Below, piece after piece: positions 1-9,821 of a stretch of 64,000 nucleotides of DNA. The notes under the pieces were generated by a model. The model searched no databases. It was not told the DNA's origin and saw only the letters and a list, made by a program, of their open reading frames with translations. Within the stretch, counting starts at the first letter, position 1; each line of letters begins with the position of its first letter. The position numbers and the translations under genes were made by a program. Where the stretch lies: the NCBI GenBank assembly GCA_045638005.1, contig JAZUAN010000059.1:1136-65135 (forward strand), in the 5' to 3' direction. This DNA comes from Acutalibacteraceae bacterium (GTDB lineage Bacteria; Bacillota; Clostridia; Oscillospirales; Acutalibacteraceae).

Positions 1-381
1 TGGGCACCCTACGTCCACAACCCCGCGACCTTTGGGCACGCGCAGCATAGCACGGCAATGCTGACAGTGAAAATAGCGGTGAGTATGCCGCTCTCGCCAC
101 ATTTTGCGGCGCAAATTCCAAAAGGTTTTTGCCTTTCCAAGCAAGCGCAAGTAGGTATCCAGTTCCCGACTTCTCGCCGGAATATTGCGTGAAAGTGTAC
201 GAAAAAGCGCCCAAGCCGGCAAAGCAGCAGATGCCAATCCCAAAATACCGAGATACGGGAGATACGAAAGCAAGTTCGTGCAAATGCCGGCCAGCAGCAA
301 GGCGGTATTCAGCCGATCGTATCCGTATCTACCGTACATAAAGCGGTATATGGTCCCCATAAGTCTTTGCATAAAATTCAT
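1..381 (-). CDS. small membrane protein with zinc-ribbon-like C-terminal part; C-terminus lies beyond the window edge
   Basis: Absent from the ORF track because there is no stop inside the window. ATG at 379-381 follows GGAGG with an 8-nt spacer. Translation MNFMQRLMGTIYRF...LLLAGICTNLLSYLPYLGILGLASAAL...HCQHCRAMLRVPKGRG. Confidence 0.5.
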   Translation of the reverse strand, partial: MNFMQRLMGTIYRFMYGRYGYDRLNTALLLAGICTNLLSYLPYLGILGLASAALPAWALFRTLSRNIPARSRELDTYLRLLGKAKTFWNLRRKMWRERHTHRYFHCQHCRAMLRVPKGRGVVDVGCP

Positions 382-476
382 AGCGGTTTCCTCCGTTAGA
401 TACTCTAAACCTATTACCAGCATATCGCATTTCTATCGGTAAAACATCGACGATTTGCAAACTTTTTATGACGTGT

Positions 477-1010
477 TTATGAATACACATCGATCTGGCA
501 ACTGCGCATAACGCTGAGTGCCGCCTCGTGTGCCTCGGGGGTTACACCCGCACAGCAAGCGGCATCCACTTTGATCGCATCTTCCGGAAAATGCGCTTTC
601 AAAAGCAGCGCATTGGACACCACGCAAATATCGGTGCAAAGCCCAATAAGTGTTGCGGTAAATTCCTCCGCACCGGCGGCTTCGGCGATCAGCTCCGGCA
701 GATCCACCGACCCGAAAGTGACCTTTTCCACCGCTGTATATTGCCGATCTTTCAGCGCATCCGCGACCGTCTCATGCAACTCCCAACCGTCAGTGCCTTT
801 GATACAATGCGCCACCGGCAGCTTTGCGCCTTCGGCGGTATCCATGTAATCCTCAAAATGTGTATCATACGTCACAAAGATTTCCCCGTCAAATGTGCGG
901 ATCTTTTCGGCGACCGCGGGCAGGATTGCAACCGCTTCCTTTGTGCCCAGCGCACCGTCTACAAAATCCTTTTGCATATCCACAACAATTAAAAACGATT
1001 TCATGTTCAT
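477..1010 (-). CDS. isochorismatase-family cysteine hydrolase (nicotinamidase-like)
   Basis: 177 aa. LIVVDMQKDF start, catalytic-type Cys in LIGLCTDICV, typical length. Confidence 0.8.
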   Translation of the reverse strand: MNMKSFLIVVDMQKDFVDGALGTKEAVAILPAVAEKIRTFDGEIFVTYDTHFEDYMDTAEGAKLPVAHCIKGTDGWELHETVADALKDRQYTAVEKVTFGSVDLPELIAEAAGAEEFTATLIGLCTDICVVSNALLLKAHFPEDAIKVDAACCAGVTPEAHEAALSVMRSCQIDVYS

Positions 1011-1202
1011 ACCTCCTTAATTGTATTTTAACATATCTTTGCAAAAGTTACCACCTGCTTTTTTATGTATAATAATTGACAAACCGTGCGGGAAAGCGGT
1101 AATATGTTTTATATAAGTGTTATGCACCGAGAACGGACGGATAATTCCGTCCGTTGTTCGTTATACTAGCATTATGTATCATTTTGCAAAGGAAAAACTT
1201 GT

Positions 1203-2723
1203 ATGAGAACTTGTGGAATTTTGATGCCCGTATTTTCGCTTTCTTCCCGCTACGGAATCGGTACTTTCGGCAAGGAAGCCTTCCGCTTTGTGGATTTCCT
1301 CAAAAAAGCGGGGCAGACCTATTGGCAGATCCTGCCTTTAAACCCCACCAACTACGGTGATTCCCCCTATCAATCCTTTTCCGCTTATGCAGGCAACCCG
1401 TATTTCATCGATATCGAACTGCTGATTGAGCAAAATCTGCTCACGCAGCAGCAAGCGGACAGCTTCGATTTCGGAGATGACCCCACCACCGTTGACTACG
1501 GTAAGCTGTATAAAAACCGTCTCCCGCTGCTGCGGCTCGCCTTTGCGCAGTTCAAGCCCACGGCGGCTTTTGCGGCATTTTGTGATAAAAACGCATTTTG
1601 GCTGGAAGAATACGCGTTGTTCATGGCGCTAAAAAATGCGCACGAAGACCGCGCATGGGAAACATGGGATGAAAAACTGCGCACCCGCGACGCGGATACG
1701 CTTGCTATGATGCGCACACTGCATGCAGACACCATGCAGTTTTATAAATTCACACAATATCTTTTCTACACCCAATGGCACGCATTGAAAAAATACGCGA
1801 ACGCAAACGGTGTCTCTATCATCGGCGACCTGCCTATTTACGTCGCGTATGACAGCGCGGATGTGTGGGCAGCACCCGATCAGTTTTTGTTGGATGAGTC
1901 CAAATATCCCACGCAGGTTGCCGGTGTTCCGCCGGATGCGTTTTCAAAAGACGGACAGCTGTGGGGCAACCCGCTATATGATTGGGCACACATGAAAGCC
2001 GACGGCTACAAGTGGTGGAAAACACGAATTTCCCACGCGCTTGAGACCTATGACCTCGTGCGCATTGACCATTTCCGCGGCTTTGCATCCTTCTTTGCCA
2101 TTCCCTACGGCGAGAAAACCGCTAAAAAAGGAAAATGGCTGAAAGGTCCCGGTATTGATCTGTTCAAAGCGCTTAAAGCCGCTTGCGGCGGGGAACTGCC
2201 GATTATTGCCGAGGATCTTGGCTTTCTCACCCCCGCAGTGCTCAGCTTATTGGTCGACAGCGGTTTCCCCGGCATGAAGGTGCTGCAATTTGCATTTGAC
2301 AGCCGTGAGGAAAGCAATTACCTCCCTCATAACTTCACCAACCGCTGCGTGGTATACACCGGCACTCATGATAACGACACCATCCTCGGTTGGACCAAAA
2401 CCGCGGATAAAGCCGACGTCAAAATGGCGCGGCGATACATGCACGTTGACGACGGTGAGGGCTTCAACTGGGCGATGATGCGCACCGCTATGATGTCGGT
2501 CGCGGATATCTGTATTCTGATGATGCCGGATATTTTAGGGCTTGGCAGCGAAGCGCGTATCAACACCCCCTCTACCCTCGGCGGCAACTGGCAATGGCGC
2601 ATTGACGGCGGCTGTATCAATGACTGGCTCGCAAATATTATCCACGAAAATACAGAATTATATTGCCGCTTGCCTAAGACCAAAACCATAAAAAAAGCCG
2701 AAAAGAAGCAACCGAAAGTATAA
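1203..2723 (+). CDS. malQ: 4-alpha-glucanotransferase (amylomaltase, GH77)
   Basis: 506 aa. CGILMPVFSLSSRYGIGTFG...WQILPLNPT and RIDHFRGF motifs are typical of MalQ. Confidence 0.9.
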   Translation: MRTCGILMPVFSLSSRYGIGTFGKEAFRFVDFLKKAGQTYWQILPLNPTNYGDSPYQSFSAYAGNPYFIDIELLIEQNLLTQQQADSFDFGDDPTTVDYGKLYKNRLPLLRLAFAQFKPTAAFAAFCDKNAFWLEEYALFMALKNAHEDRAWETWDEKLRTRDADTLAMMRTLHADTMQFYKFTQYLFYTQWHALKKYANANGVSIIGDLPIYVAYDSADVWAAPDQFLLDESKYPTQVAGVPPDAFSKDGQLWGNPLYDWAHMKADGYKWWKTRISHALETYDLVRIDHFRGFASFFAIPYGEKTAKKGKWLKGPGIDLFKALKAACGGELPIIAEDLGFLTPAVLSLLVDSGFPGMKVLQFAFDSREESNYLPHNFTNRCVVYTGTHDNDTILGWTKTADKADVKMARRYMHVDDGEGFNWAMMRTAMMSVADICILMMPDILGLGSEARINTPSTLGGNWQWRIDGGCINDWLANIIHENTELYCRLPKTKTIKKAEKKQPKV

Positions 2724-2742
2724 CTTTCGGTTGCTTCTTTTC
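2705..2742 (+). terminator. intrinsic terminator of malQ
   Basis: 14-bp stem gaagcaaccgaaag/ctttcggttgcttc overlapping the stop codon, followed by a T-run. Confidence 0.7.
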
Positions 2743-2815
2743 TATTGATCTCCTTTTTGAATGAATACCACTTGACATTTCAACTATACAGTCTCCCGTT
2801 TTTTTATACAGTTGT

Positions 2816-2844
2816 TTGACAAAATATGGGTGATATAGTATACT
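2816..2844 (+). promoter_or_regulatory. sigma-A type promoter upstream of glf
   Basis: TTGACA, 17 nt, TATACT. Confidence 0.5.
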
Positions 2845-2910
2845 AAGACCGATTATGGGTAATCTAGGATAGAGTGATATATCCTAAGCGTACCGGAAAG
2901 GATGTGGGCT

Positions 2911-4017
2911 ATGAAGCACTATGATTATTTGATCGTGGGCAGCGGTTTATACGGCGCAACCTTTGCGCATATCGCCATGCAGCACGGCAAAAGCTGTCTG
3001 GTGGTAGAAAAGCGCCCACATACCGGCGGCAATGTGCACTGCGATGTGATAGAGGATATCACCGTCCACAGCTATGGAGCTCATATTTTTCATACCAATG
3101 AAAAGCGCGTATGGGATTTCGTGAACGGTCTTTGCGAATGTAACCGCTATACCAATTCACCGCTCGCAAACTTCCGCGGGGAAATCTATAACATGCCCTT
3201 TAACATGAACACCTTCCATCAGATGTGGGGTGTGACTACCCCCGCCGAAGCGCAGGCGAAGATCGATGCACAACGCGCTGAAATTAGTGGCGAGCCGCAA
3301 AATTTAGAGCAGCAGGCAATTAGTCTTGTCGGACGGGATATCTATGAAAAGCTGATTAAAGGATACACCGAAAAGCAATGGGGACGAGATTGCAAGGAAC
3401 TGCCCGCTTTTATCATCAAACGCCTGCCGGTGCGGTTTGTTTACGACAACAACTATTTCAACGATTGCTATCAGGGCATCCCTATCGGCGGATATAATGC
3501 GCTCACAGACCGCCTACTGGAAGGCGCAGACGTGCGGCTTTGCACCGATTTTCTGGAAAACAGAGAAGAACTTTCCGCCCTTGCGGACACCGTTGTGTAT
3601 ACCGGCACCATCGACGCTTATTTCAATTACTGCTACGGACAGTTGGAATACCGAAGCCTGCGGTTTGAAACACAGGTGCTGGATATCGAAAATTACCAAG
3701 GTGTCGCCGTGGTTAACTACACCGACAAGGAGCCTGCATATACCCGTATCATCGAGCATAAACATTTTGAGTACGGCGAGCAGCCCAAAACGGTTATCAC
3801 CCGCGAATATCCCGCTCCTTGGAAGCAGGGCGATGAGCCGTACTATCCCGTTAACGATGCTGCCAACAGCGCGCTGTATGCCCGCTATGCCGCGCTTGCT
3901 CAAAAAGAAAGCAACGTCATTTTCGGCGGTAGATTGGCGGAATACAAATACTATGATATGGACAAGGCCATTATGGCAGCCCTGCAAATGACCGATAAGA
4001 TCTTCAAAGGAGAGTAA
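2911..4017 (+). CDS. glf: UDP-galactopyranose mutase
   Basis: MKHYDYLIVGSGLYGATFA FAD-binding N-terminus and length typical of Glf. The ATG at 2911 has a better RBS spacing than the ORF-track start at 2902. Confidence 0.9.
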   Translation: MKHYDYLIVGSGLYGATFAHIAMQHGKSCLVVEKRPHTGGNVHCDVIEDITVHSYGAHIFHTNEKRVWDFVNGLCECNRYTNSPLANFRGEIYNMPFNMNTFHQMWGVTTPAEAQAKIDAQRAEISGEPQNLEQQAISLVGRDIYEKLIKGYTEKQWGRDCKELPAFIIKRLPVRFVYDNNYFNDCYQGIPIGGYNALTDRLLEGADVRLCTDFLENREELSALADTVVYTGTIDAYFNYCYGQLEYRSLRFETQVLDIENYQGVAVVNYTDKEPAYTRIIEHKHFEYGEQPKTVITREYPAPWKQGDEPYYPVNDAANSALYARYAALAQKESNVIFGGRLAEYKYYDMDKAIMAALQMTDKIFKGE

Positions 4018-4018
4018 A

Positions 4019-5071
4019 ATGCCAAAAGTATCCGTTATCATGCCGGTATACGGTGTGGAAAAATTTGTCGGCAAGGCGATCGAAAGCATCCAAAATCAAA
4101 CATTTGCCGACTTCGAATTTCTCATCGTGGATGACGGCACCAAGGATAAAAGTGGGCGTATTTGCGATGAATATGCCGCGAAAGATCAGCGCCTGACCGT
4201 GATACATAAGGAAAACGGCGGCGCACCTTCCGCGCGCAATGCCGCCCTTGAGATCGCTACGGGTGAATACTATTATTTCATGGATTCCGACGATTGGGCA
4301 GAGCCGACCATGCTGGAAGACATGGTGAACCTCGCCGAGCAAACAGATGCACAGCTTGTGGTCACCGGCTATTACATCGACACCTACTATTCGGATACGG
4401 AATATGTATCACAAGAGCAGGCAGTCCCCTCGCAGGTGTTTGAAACTAAGCGTGCATTCCGCGAAAATGCTTACCGCTTATTTGATAAAAATCTGTTGTA
4501 TACGCCGTGGAACAAACTATATAGTGCCAACTATATCCGCGAAAACAATCTGCGCTTTTCTGACACCTTTTGGGATGATTTCCCCTTTAATCTGGCGGTG
4601 ATCCGCGATATTGAGCGGGTAACTGTCTCTGAGAAAAGATACTACCACTTCATGCGCGCTCGCGCAGAGAGCGAAACCGCAAAATACCGTACGGACATGT
4701 ACGAAAAGCGGGAAGAAGAGCATCGCTGGATGATAGATTTATATCAGTATTGGAATGTAAATGATCAAAACAGCCGCGAATTTGTTGCGCGCAGATATAT
4801 CGAACGGGTGATCGGCTGCATCGAAAACGTTACCAATCCTGCCTGCACCCTATCACGCAAAGAAAAAATCGCAGAGATCCGCCACATCATTTCGAGCGAT
4901 ACCGTGCGGGAACAGCTGCCGCTCATGCAAGCGCGTTCCGGCTATATGAAGGTGATGCTGCTGCCTATCAAGTGGAAAAACACCACTCTCGCCTATTTAG
5001 AGGGTGTGTTTATCTCCCACATCCGCCGCTTGAGCGTCAAAACTTTTGCGAAACTCAAAGCAGGACGATAA
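4019..5071 (+). CDS. family 2 glycosyltransferase
   Basis: VSVIMPVYGVEKFVGKAIESIQNQT...LIVDDGTKD...FMDSDD are GT2 signatures. It starts 1 nt after glf. Confidence 0.8.
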   Translation: MPKVSVIMPVYGVEKFVGKAIESIQNQTFADFEFLIVDDGTKDKSGRICDEYAAKDQRLTVIHKENGGAPSARNAALEIATGEYYYFMDSDDWAEPTMLEDMVNLAEQTDAQLVVTGYYIDTYYSDTEYVSQEQAVPSQVFETKRAFRENAYRLFDKNLLYTPWNKLYSANYIRENNLRFSDTFWDDFPFNLAVIRDIERVTVSEKRYYHFMRARAESETAKYRTDMYEKREEEHRWMIDLYQYWNVNDQNSREFVARRYIERVIGCIENVTNPACTLSRKEKIAEIRHIISSDTVREQLPLMQARSGYMKVMLLPIKWKNTTLAYLEGVFISHIRRLSVKTFAKLKAGR

Positions 5072-5241
5072 AAAACTGACAAAAAAGCGTTTGGAAGTCG
5101 TTGATTTCTGAACGCTTTTTGTTTTTACAATTCCATGTTCTTTTATTCATTGTAAGCATCCCTCTTTTTCGTCATAATTGTAAGGTAAACATATTTTTAG
5201 TATTTGTTGTACAATCCCCAAAAAAGTGATATACTGTTGTC

Positions 5242-5458
5242 GTTTGGAAAGGAAACAGGTGAAAATCCTGTACGAGCCTGTCGCCGTGAGGTGCGAAACA
5301 TGCGTTTTTTCTACCCGATGCCGCAATCGGGGACAAGCCATTGGGAACTTTCCTGAGAAGGCGAAAAATCGCTGCACCAAGTCGAAATATTTTCCAAACA
5401 CAACCGCAATAAACGCCGCAAGGCCGGCCGGGAAATTCCGTTGCGGAAATATATTTTT
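5242..5458 (+). promoter_or_regulatory. cobalamin riboswitch (candidate) with terminator-like platform
   Basis: GGTGAAAATCC (5258-5268), GCCATTGGGAA...GAAGGC (5337-5361) and AAGTCG resemble conserved Cbl-riboswitch blocks. A promoter TTGTAC-17-TATACT ends at 5235. The downstream genes are of the known B12-uptake type. Confidence 0.6.
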
Positions 5459-5471
5459 AGGAGAATGCAAC

Positions 5472-5918
5472 ATGAAAATGACACAAGCAAAAAAACTGTT
5501 GTCACGCATCCTGTGCATCGTGCTGATTGCGGCTATGGCACTCACTTGTATCGGTTGCAGTGGTCAGGAAACCCAAAGTCTCGGTAATACCGAGAGCGAA
5601 GTCGCTACCGGTAAAACCGTGCTCGGCAAGGGTGCGGTGCAATTCACCTTTACCGTGGTAGACGTCGACGGAAAGGAAACCGTCTTTGAGATCAACACCG
5701 ATAAAAAGACGGTCGGCGACGCGCTTTTGGAGCACGGACTTATCACAGGTGACCAAGGCGAATACGGTCTTTTCGTCAAAACGGTCAACGGTATCACCGT
5801 CGACTATGACAAAGACGGCAAATATTGGGCGTTTTACATGGACGGAAAATATGCTTCGTCCGGCGTAGATACTACCGATATCACCGCAGGTGCAAGCTAT
5901 GCCTTCAAAGTGGAATAA
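5472..5918 (+). CDS. DUF4430-type lipoprotein (putative surface corrinoid-binding protein)
   Basis: Lipobox LTCIGC|SG after a signal peptide. The ORF-track N-terminal extension (5226-5471) covers the riboswitch and is not coding. Confidence 0.7.
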   Translation: MKMTQAKKLLSRILCIVLIAAMALTCIGCSGQETQSLGNTESEVATGKTVLGKGAVQFTFTVVDVDGKETVFEINTDKKTVGDALLEHGLITGDQGEYGLFVKTVNGITVDYDKDGKYWAFYMDGKYASSGVDTTDITAGASYAFKVE

Positions 5919-6477
5919 ATTAAAAGAAAGCCTCGACCACACACCAAAAAGCACTTCTGCAGGCAAATTTCTTTCGGTGGCAGATATTGCCATTTTCGGT
6001 ATGTTGAGCGCGATGATGTATGCATCCAAGGTTTTAATGGAGTTTTTGCCGAATGTGCATTTACTCGCAACTTTCATCGTCGCCATAACGGTCGTATACC
6101 GCGCCAAAGCGCTGTATCCGCTATATGTTTTTGTCATATTGACAGGCATCTTCAATGGATTTGCAACATGGTGGATACCGTATCTGTACATTTGGACAGC
6201 GGTGTGGGGCATGACCATGCTGCTGCCCCGCAATATGCCGTCACAGGTACGCCCGTTCGTATATACCGCCGTTTGCGCTGCGCACGGCTTTTTATACGGC
6301 ATATTGTATGCACCTTCGCAGGCGCTGCTGTTTGGCTTGGATTTTGACGGCATGGTTGCTTGGATCATTGCGGGATTGCCGTGGGATATAGCGCACGGCA
6401 TCGGCAACTTGTTTAGCAGTGTGCTGGTGTGTCCCCTTATCTTTATTCTGCAAAAGGCACGAAAATTTTCACGTTAA
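5899..6477 (+). CDS. ECF-transporter S-component-like membrane protein (CbrT-like, putative corrinoid uptake)
   Basis: 192 aa with about 6 hydrophobic helices. ATG at 5899 follows AGGTG. It overlaps the upstream gene by 20 nt and lies under the same riboswitch. Confidence 0.6.
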   Translation: MPSKWNKLKESLDHTPKSTSAGKFLSVADIAIFGMLSAMMYASKVLMEFLPNVHLLATFIVAITVVYRAKALYPLYVFVILTGIFNGFATWWIPYLYIWTAVWGMTMLLPRNMPSQVRPFVYTAVCAAHGFLYGILYAPSQALLFGLDFDGMVAWIIAGLPWDIAHGIGNLFSSVLVCPLIFILQKARKFSR

Positions 6478-6480
6478 CGT

Positions 6481-6516
6481 AAAAAAGCACAGGCAGCAAA
6501 GCTGTCTGTGCTTTTT
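6481..6516. terminator. bidirectional terminator between the S-component gene and trxA
   Basis: aaaaaagcacaggcagc-aaa-gctgtctgtgcttttt. Confidence 0.7.
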
Positions 6517-6541
6517 CATATTACAGCAGTATCCGGATGCC

Positions 6542-6850
6542 TTATTTCAGCATTTCCAGTATTGCTTCCTTGGGGCGCACACCGACGCATTGATCGGCAA
6601 GCTGACCGCCTTTAAATACCATCAGTGTAGGAATGCTCATAATGTTGAACATGGCGGCAAGCTCGCCTTCTTCGTCTACGTTTACTTTGCAAACAGCGTA
6701 TTCGGGATGTTCTTCCGCAATCTCATCCACAATGGGAGAAACCATCATGCAAGGACCGCACCAACTCGCCCAAAAATCGAGCAAAACGGGTTTTGCAGAT
6801 TGGAGAACTTCCTGTTCAAAGTTTTCTTTTGTGATAACTGTAACAGACAC
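6542..6850 (-). CDS. trxA: thioredoxin
   Basis: 102 aa with a WCGPC active site. Confidence 0.9.
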   Translation of the reverse strand: MSVTVITKENFEQEVLQSAKPVLLDFWASWCGPCMMVSPIVDEIAEEHPEYAVCKVNVDEEGELAAMFNIMSIPTLMVFKGGQLADQCVGVRPKEAILEMLK

Positions 6851-6854
6851 GGGA

Positions 6855-8192
6855 TCACTCCTTCACAACTTTACATGTATCTATTCCGTAATAACGGAAC
6901 ATAGCAATTGCAGATGCATCAATTTCTTCGCCGCACACCAAAATCGGCACAGCCGGCGGACAGGAAACAGCCGCACTGGCAAGCACCTTGCCACACGCGT
7001 CGTCAATGGACACGCTCTGAGCAGGAGACAACAATGCTTCTCGCGGCATCATTCGTTTGGTCGCCGCCTGCAACCGCGGCGGTTGTTCGGCAATTTCAGG
7101 ACGGCGCGGCAACGCTGACAACGTCTCCAAAAAGCGTGCGAGACCGTCCGCGCCTGTTTCGGGGGTGAACATGCAGGTGAGATGATCAGCGTCCGCAAAT
7201 TCGCACACAATATCATCCGCCAGCAACCTTTCTGCCAATGCATTACCCATATACCCATACGGTTTAGTCAGTAAGGTGATTTTGAGCGGTTCGTCTCCGA
7301 TGATAGTATACCCTTTTTCGCGTAAGGTATTTTTGGCACACTCGACCTCCGGCAAAAACTGTTCGAGAAGTGTGGGGTAATCGTTTGCAAGATATACATT
7401 TGCCGCATCCAACGACTGTAAAATCAAATAAGAGGGACTGGTTGACGCAAACAGCGCCATCGCGTCCGCTGCAAAGTCTGCAAGCAAAGTGTTAGCCGTT
7501 TTGGAAATATGCAGGTACGCGCCGCCTGTCAGTACAGGCAATGTTTTATGCGCCGAATCACAGCACATATCCGCTCCAAGCGTGATGGGGTGGCGGTCCT
7601 GCGGCAAAAAGCGCAGATACGCGCCGTGCGCGTTATCCACCAGCAACAATACGCCATATCGGCGGCAAACTGCCGACAAAGCGGCAACATCCACCGTGTT
7701 GCCCAAATAATCGGGCGAGGTGATGTAGACGGCAGTTGGTTGGTAATCGCGAATGTGCGCCTCCAGCACCTGCGGTGTGATATGGCAACTGAGCAGGGTA
7801 TCCCCTTCTCCGTATATCCAAGAGGCGTCCACATCCAGCAATGCCAGCGCGGTCATAAACGCTTTGTGTGCGTTGCGGCCTGCGGCAAAGCGCGGCTGTT
7901 TTCCTTGCGCTTTCGCATGCAAAGATGCCAAATGCACCATCGCACGGATACAAAGGGTGGAGCCTTCCACGGAATACACCGTTTTTGCTGTACCGAACAG
8001 TTCTGCCGCATTGCGTTCACTTTCCGCAATGATACCGCTTTCATGGTATAACACGTCAGCGCCGTCGATTTCGGTAATATCCAGATGCTCAACGCCCAAC
8101 AATACGTCCCGTCCTTTGTGTCCGGGCATATGTAACCGCACGGTATCTTTGTCGGCATACGCCTTGACAAAATCACAGATAGGTGTGTTCAT
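6855..8192 (-). CDS. PLP-dependent Orn/Lys/Arg-decarboxylase-family enzyme
   Basis: 445 aa. LHMPGHKGR N-terminus and a SAHKTL (PLP-lysine) motif. Confidence 0.8.
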   Translation of the reverse strand: MNTPICDFVKAYADKDTVRLHMPGHKGRDVLLGVEHLDITEIDGADVLYHESGIIAESERNAAELFGTAKTVYSVEGSTLCIRAMVHLASLHAKAQGKQPRFAAGRNAHKAFMTALALLDVDASWIYGEGDTLLSCHITPQVLEAHIRDYQPTAVYITSPDYLGNTVDVAALSAVCRRYGVLLLVDNAHGAYLRFLPQDRHPITLGADMCCDSAHKTLPVLTGGAYLHISKTANTLLADFAADAMALFASTSPSYLILQSLDAANVYLANDYPTLLEQFLPEVECAKNTLREKGYTIIGDEPLKITLLTKPYGYMGNALAERLLADDIVCEFADADHLTCMFTPETGADGLARFLETLSALPRRPEIAEQPPRLQAATKRMMPREALLSPAQSVSIDDACGKVLASAAVSCPPAVPILVCGEEIDASAIAMFRYYGIDTCKVVKE

Positions 8193-8195
8193 ACG

Positions 8196-9575
8196 TTACT
8201 CTCCGAGTTGCTTGGCGGCTTCCAACATAATGGCGCATTCCATACGTTTGCGGAATAAATCACAGCCGTATTGATACACACCCGTGACCGAGCCGGTCGC
8301 GTGGTAGGCATTCGCGGCACAACCGCCCGAGCAATACAGTTTTGCCCAACAATCCTTACATTCGGGACGTGCATACACGTTGCAGGCAAAGAATTCGTCC
8401 TGCACATCGGTATTGTCCACGCCATCAAACACATTGCCCAGTTTGAAACGTTCCTCACCCACGAACTGATGGCAAGGATACAGATCACCCCACGGGGTAA
8501 CCGCCATGTATTCGGTGCCGGAGCCACAGCCGGACACGCGTTTGTAGATGCACGGACCACCTTTGAGATCGATCATATAATGATAGAAAGTAAAGGGGCG
8601 TCCCTCGCGATGACGGCGAAGCATCAGCTCTGCCAGTTTTTCATACTGCTCCATCACAATGGGCATATCCTCTTTGGTGAGCGCAGAGGGATCGTCCTCC
8701 GCACATACCACAGGCTCCATACTCAACTCAGTGAAACCGAGGTCCAGCATCTGCTCGATATCCTTGAGGAAATCGGGGTTTGCGTGGGTGAAGGTGCCGC
8801 GCATATAGTAGTTTTTACCGCCGCGCGCTTCCACCAGTTTCTGGAATTTCGGCACGATTTTATCATAACTGCCGTTACCTGCGTAGTCCACACGGAAACG
8901 GTCGTGGATTTCTTTTCTGCCATCGAGGCTCAGCACCACGTTGCTCATTTCTTTGTTGGAAAAGTCAATGACATCATCATCAATGAGCACACCGTTGGTG
9001 GTGAGGGTGAAACGGAAGTTTTTGCCCGTCTCCTTTTCGCGCTCGCGCGCATAGGCAACCAGCTGTTTCACCACATCGAAATTCATCAGCGGTTCACCAC
9101 CGAAAAAGTCCACCTCGAGATTGGTGCGCGTACCCGAATTTTCAATCAAGAAATCGAGCGCTCGTTTTCCGACCTCAAAGCTCATCAGCGCGCGGTCACC
9201 CTGGTATTTGCCCTGGCTCGCAAAGCAGTACGCACAGTTCAGGTTACAGGTGTGCGCCACGTGCAGGCAAAGCGCTTTCACAACGCCTGCCGTTTTGCGT
9301 TTCAAGGTATCCGCCATCGGCGCAAAGGTGTCCTCGGTGAACAGTTTGCCCGCATCACGAAGAGCGATGATTTGGTCGTAACACTCTTCTACCTCGGGAG
9401 CGGTCACGTCCTCGCGGTCTGCGTATTTTTCCAAAATAAATGCAACAAGTTCCGCACGATCGGTATTCTCAAACCGCTCGATCATATCAAACGCGACCTC
9501 GTCCACCACGTGTACGCCGCCGGAACAGATATCCAGCACGATGTTGAGACCGCCGAGTTTATAACAATGTATCAT
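8196..9575 (-). CDS. scfB: radical SAM/SPASM SCIFF peptide maturase
   Basis: 459 aa. CNLNCAYC radical-SAM motif and a Cys-rich SPASM C-terminus. It lies immediately downstream of a SCIFF precursor gene. Confidence 0.85.
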   Translation of the reverse strand: MIHCYKLGGLNIVLDICSGGVHVVDEVAFDMIERFENTDRAELVAFILEKYADREDVTAPEVEECYDQIIALRDAGKLFTEDTFAPMADTLKRKTAGVVKALCLHVAHTCNLNCAYCFASQGKYQGDRALMSFEVGKRALDFLIENSGTRTNLEVDFFGGEPLMNFDVVKQLVAYAREREKETGKNFRFTLTTNGVLIDDDVIDFSNKEMSNVVLSLDGRKEIHDRFRVDYAGNGSYDKIVPKFQKLVEARGGKNYYMRGTFTHANPDFLKDIEQMLDLGFTELSMEPVVCAEDDPSALTKEDMPIVMEQYEKLAELMLRRHREGRPFTFYHYMIDLKGGPCIYKRVSGCGSGTEYMAVTPWGDLYPCHQFVGEERFKLGNVFDGVDNTDVQDEFFACNVYARPECKDCWAKLYCSGGCAANAYHATGSVTGVYQYGCDLFRKRMECAIMLEAAKQLGE

Positions 9576-9604
9576 GTGTATCCCCTAATTCATAAAAATA
9601 TGAG

Positions 9605-9632
9605 AAAAAATGCCGCCCGAGGGCGGCATTTT
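9605..9632 (-). terminator. hairpin/partial terminator between scfA and scfB
   Basis: aaaatgccgccc-tcg-gggcggcatttttt on the minus strand, located between the precursor and maturase genes. Confidence 0.6.
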
Positions 9633-9645
9633 AGTACAAGCAAAA

Positions 9646-9789
9646 TTACTTGTTGGCTTCGCACTGCTGGTTAGCAATGCCGCAGCTGGTTTTGCAAGCA
9701 GACTGGCAGGAGGTCTGGCACTCGCCGCAACCGCCTTTTTTCGCGCTATCGCAAAGATTTTTGGTTTCCAAAGTCTGGATGTGTTTCAT
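9646..9789 (-). CDS. scfA: SCIFF (six-cysteines-in-forty-five) ranthipeptide precursor
   Basis: Own translation: MKHIQTLETKNLCDSAKKGGCGECQTSCQSACKTSCGIANQQCEANK (47 aa). GGAGG lies 9 nt upstream. Too short for the ORF track. Confidence 0.85.
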   Translation of the reverse strand: MKHIQTLETKNLCDSAKKGGCGECQTSCQSACKTSCGIANQQCEANK

Positions 9790-9821
9790 ATCTGTAAACC
9801 TCCGAAATTCAAGTTTTTATT

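Noticed and set aside
5226-5471. N-terminal 82 codons of the ORF-track entry 5226..5918
   Set aside because: This stretch is the cobalamin-riboswitch-like leader. The real start is the ATG at 5472, which begins a signal peptide and lipobox.
8271-9674. 467-aa ORF on the plus strand
   Set aside because: It lies entirely antisense to the well-supported SCIFF maturase and precursor genes. It has no RBS and a low-complexity, Arg/His/Gly-rich composition typical of a shadow ORF in GC-rich third-position-biased genes.
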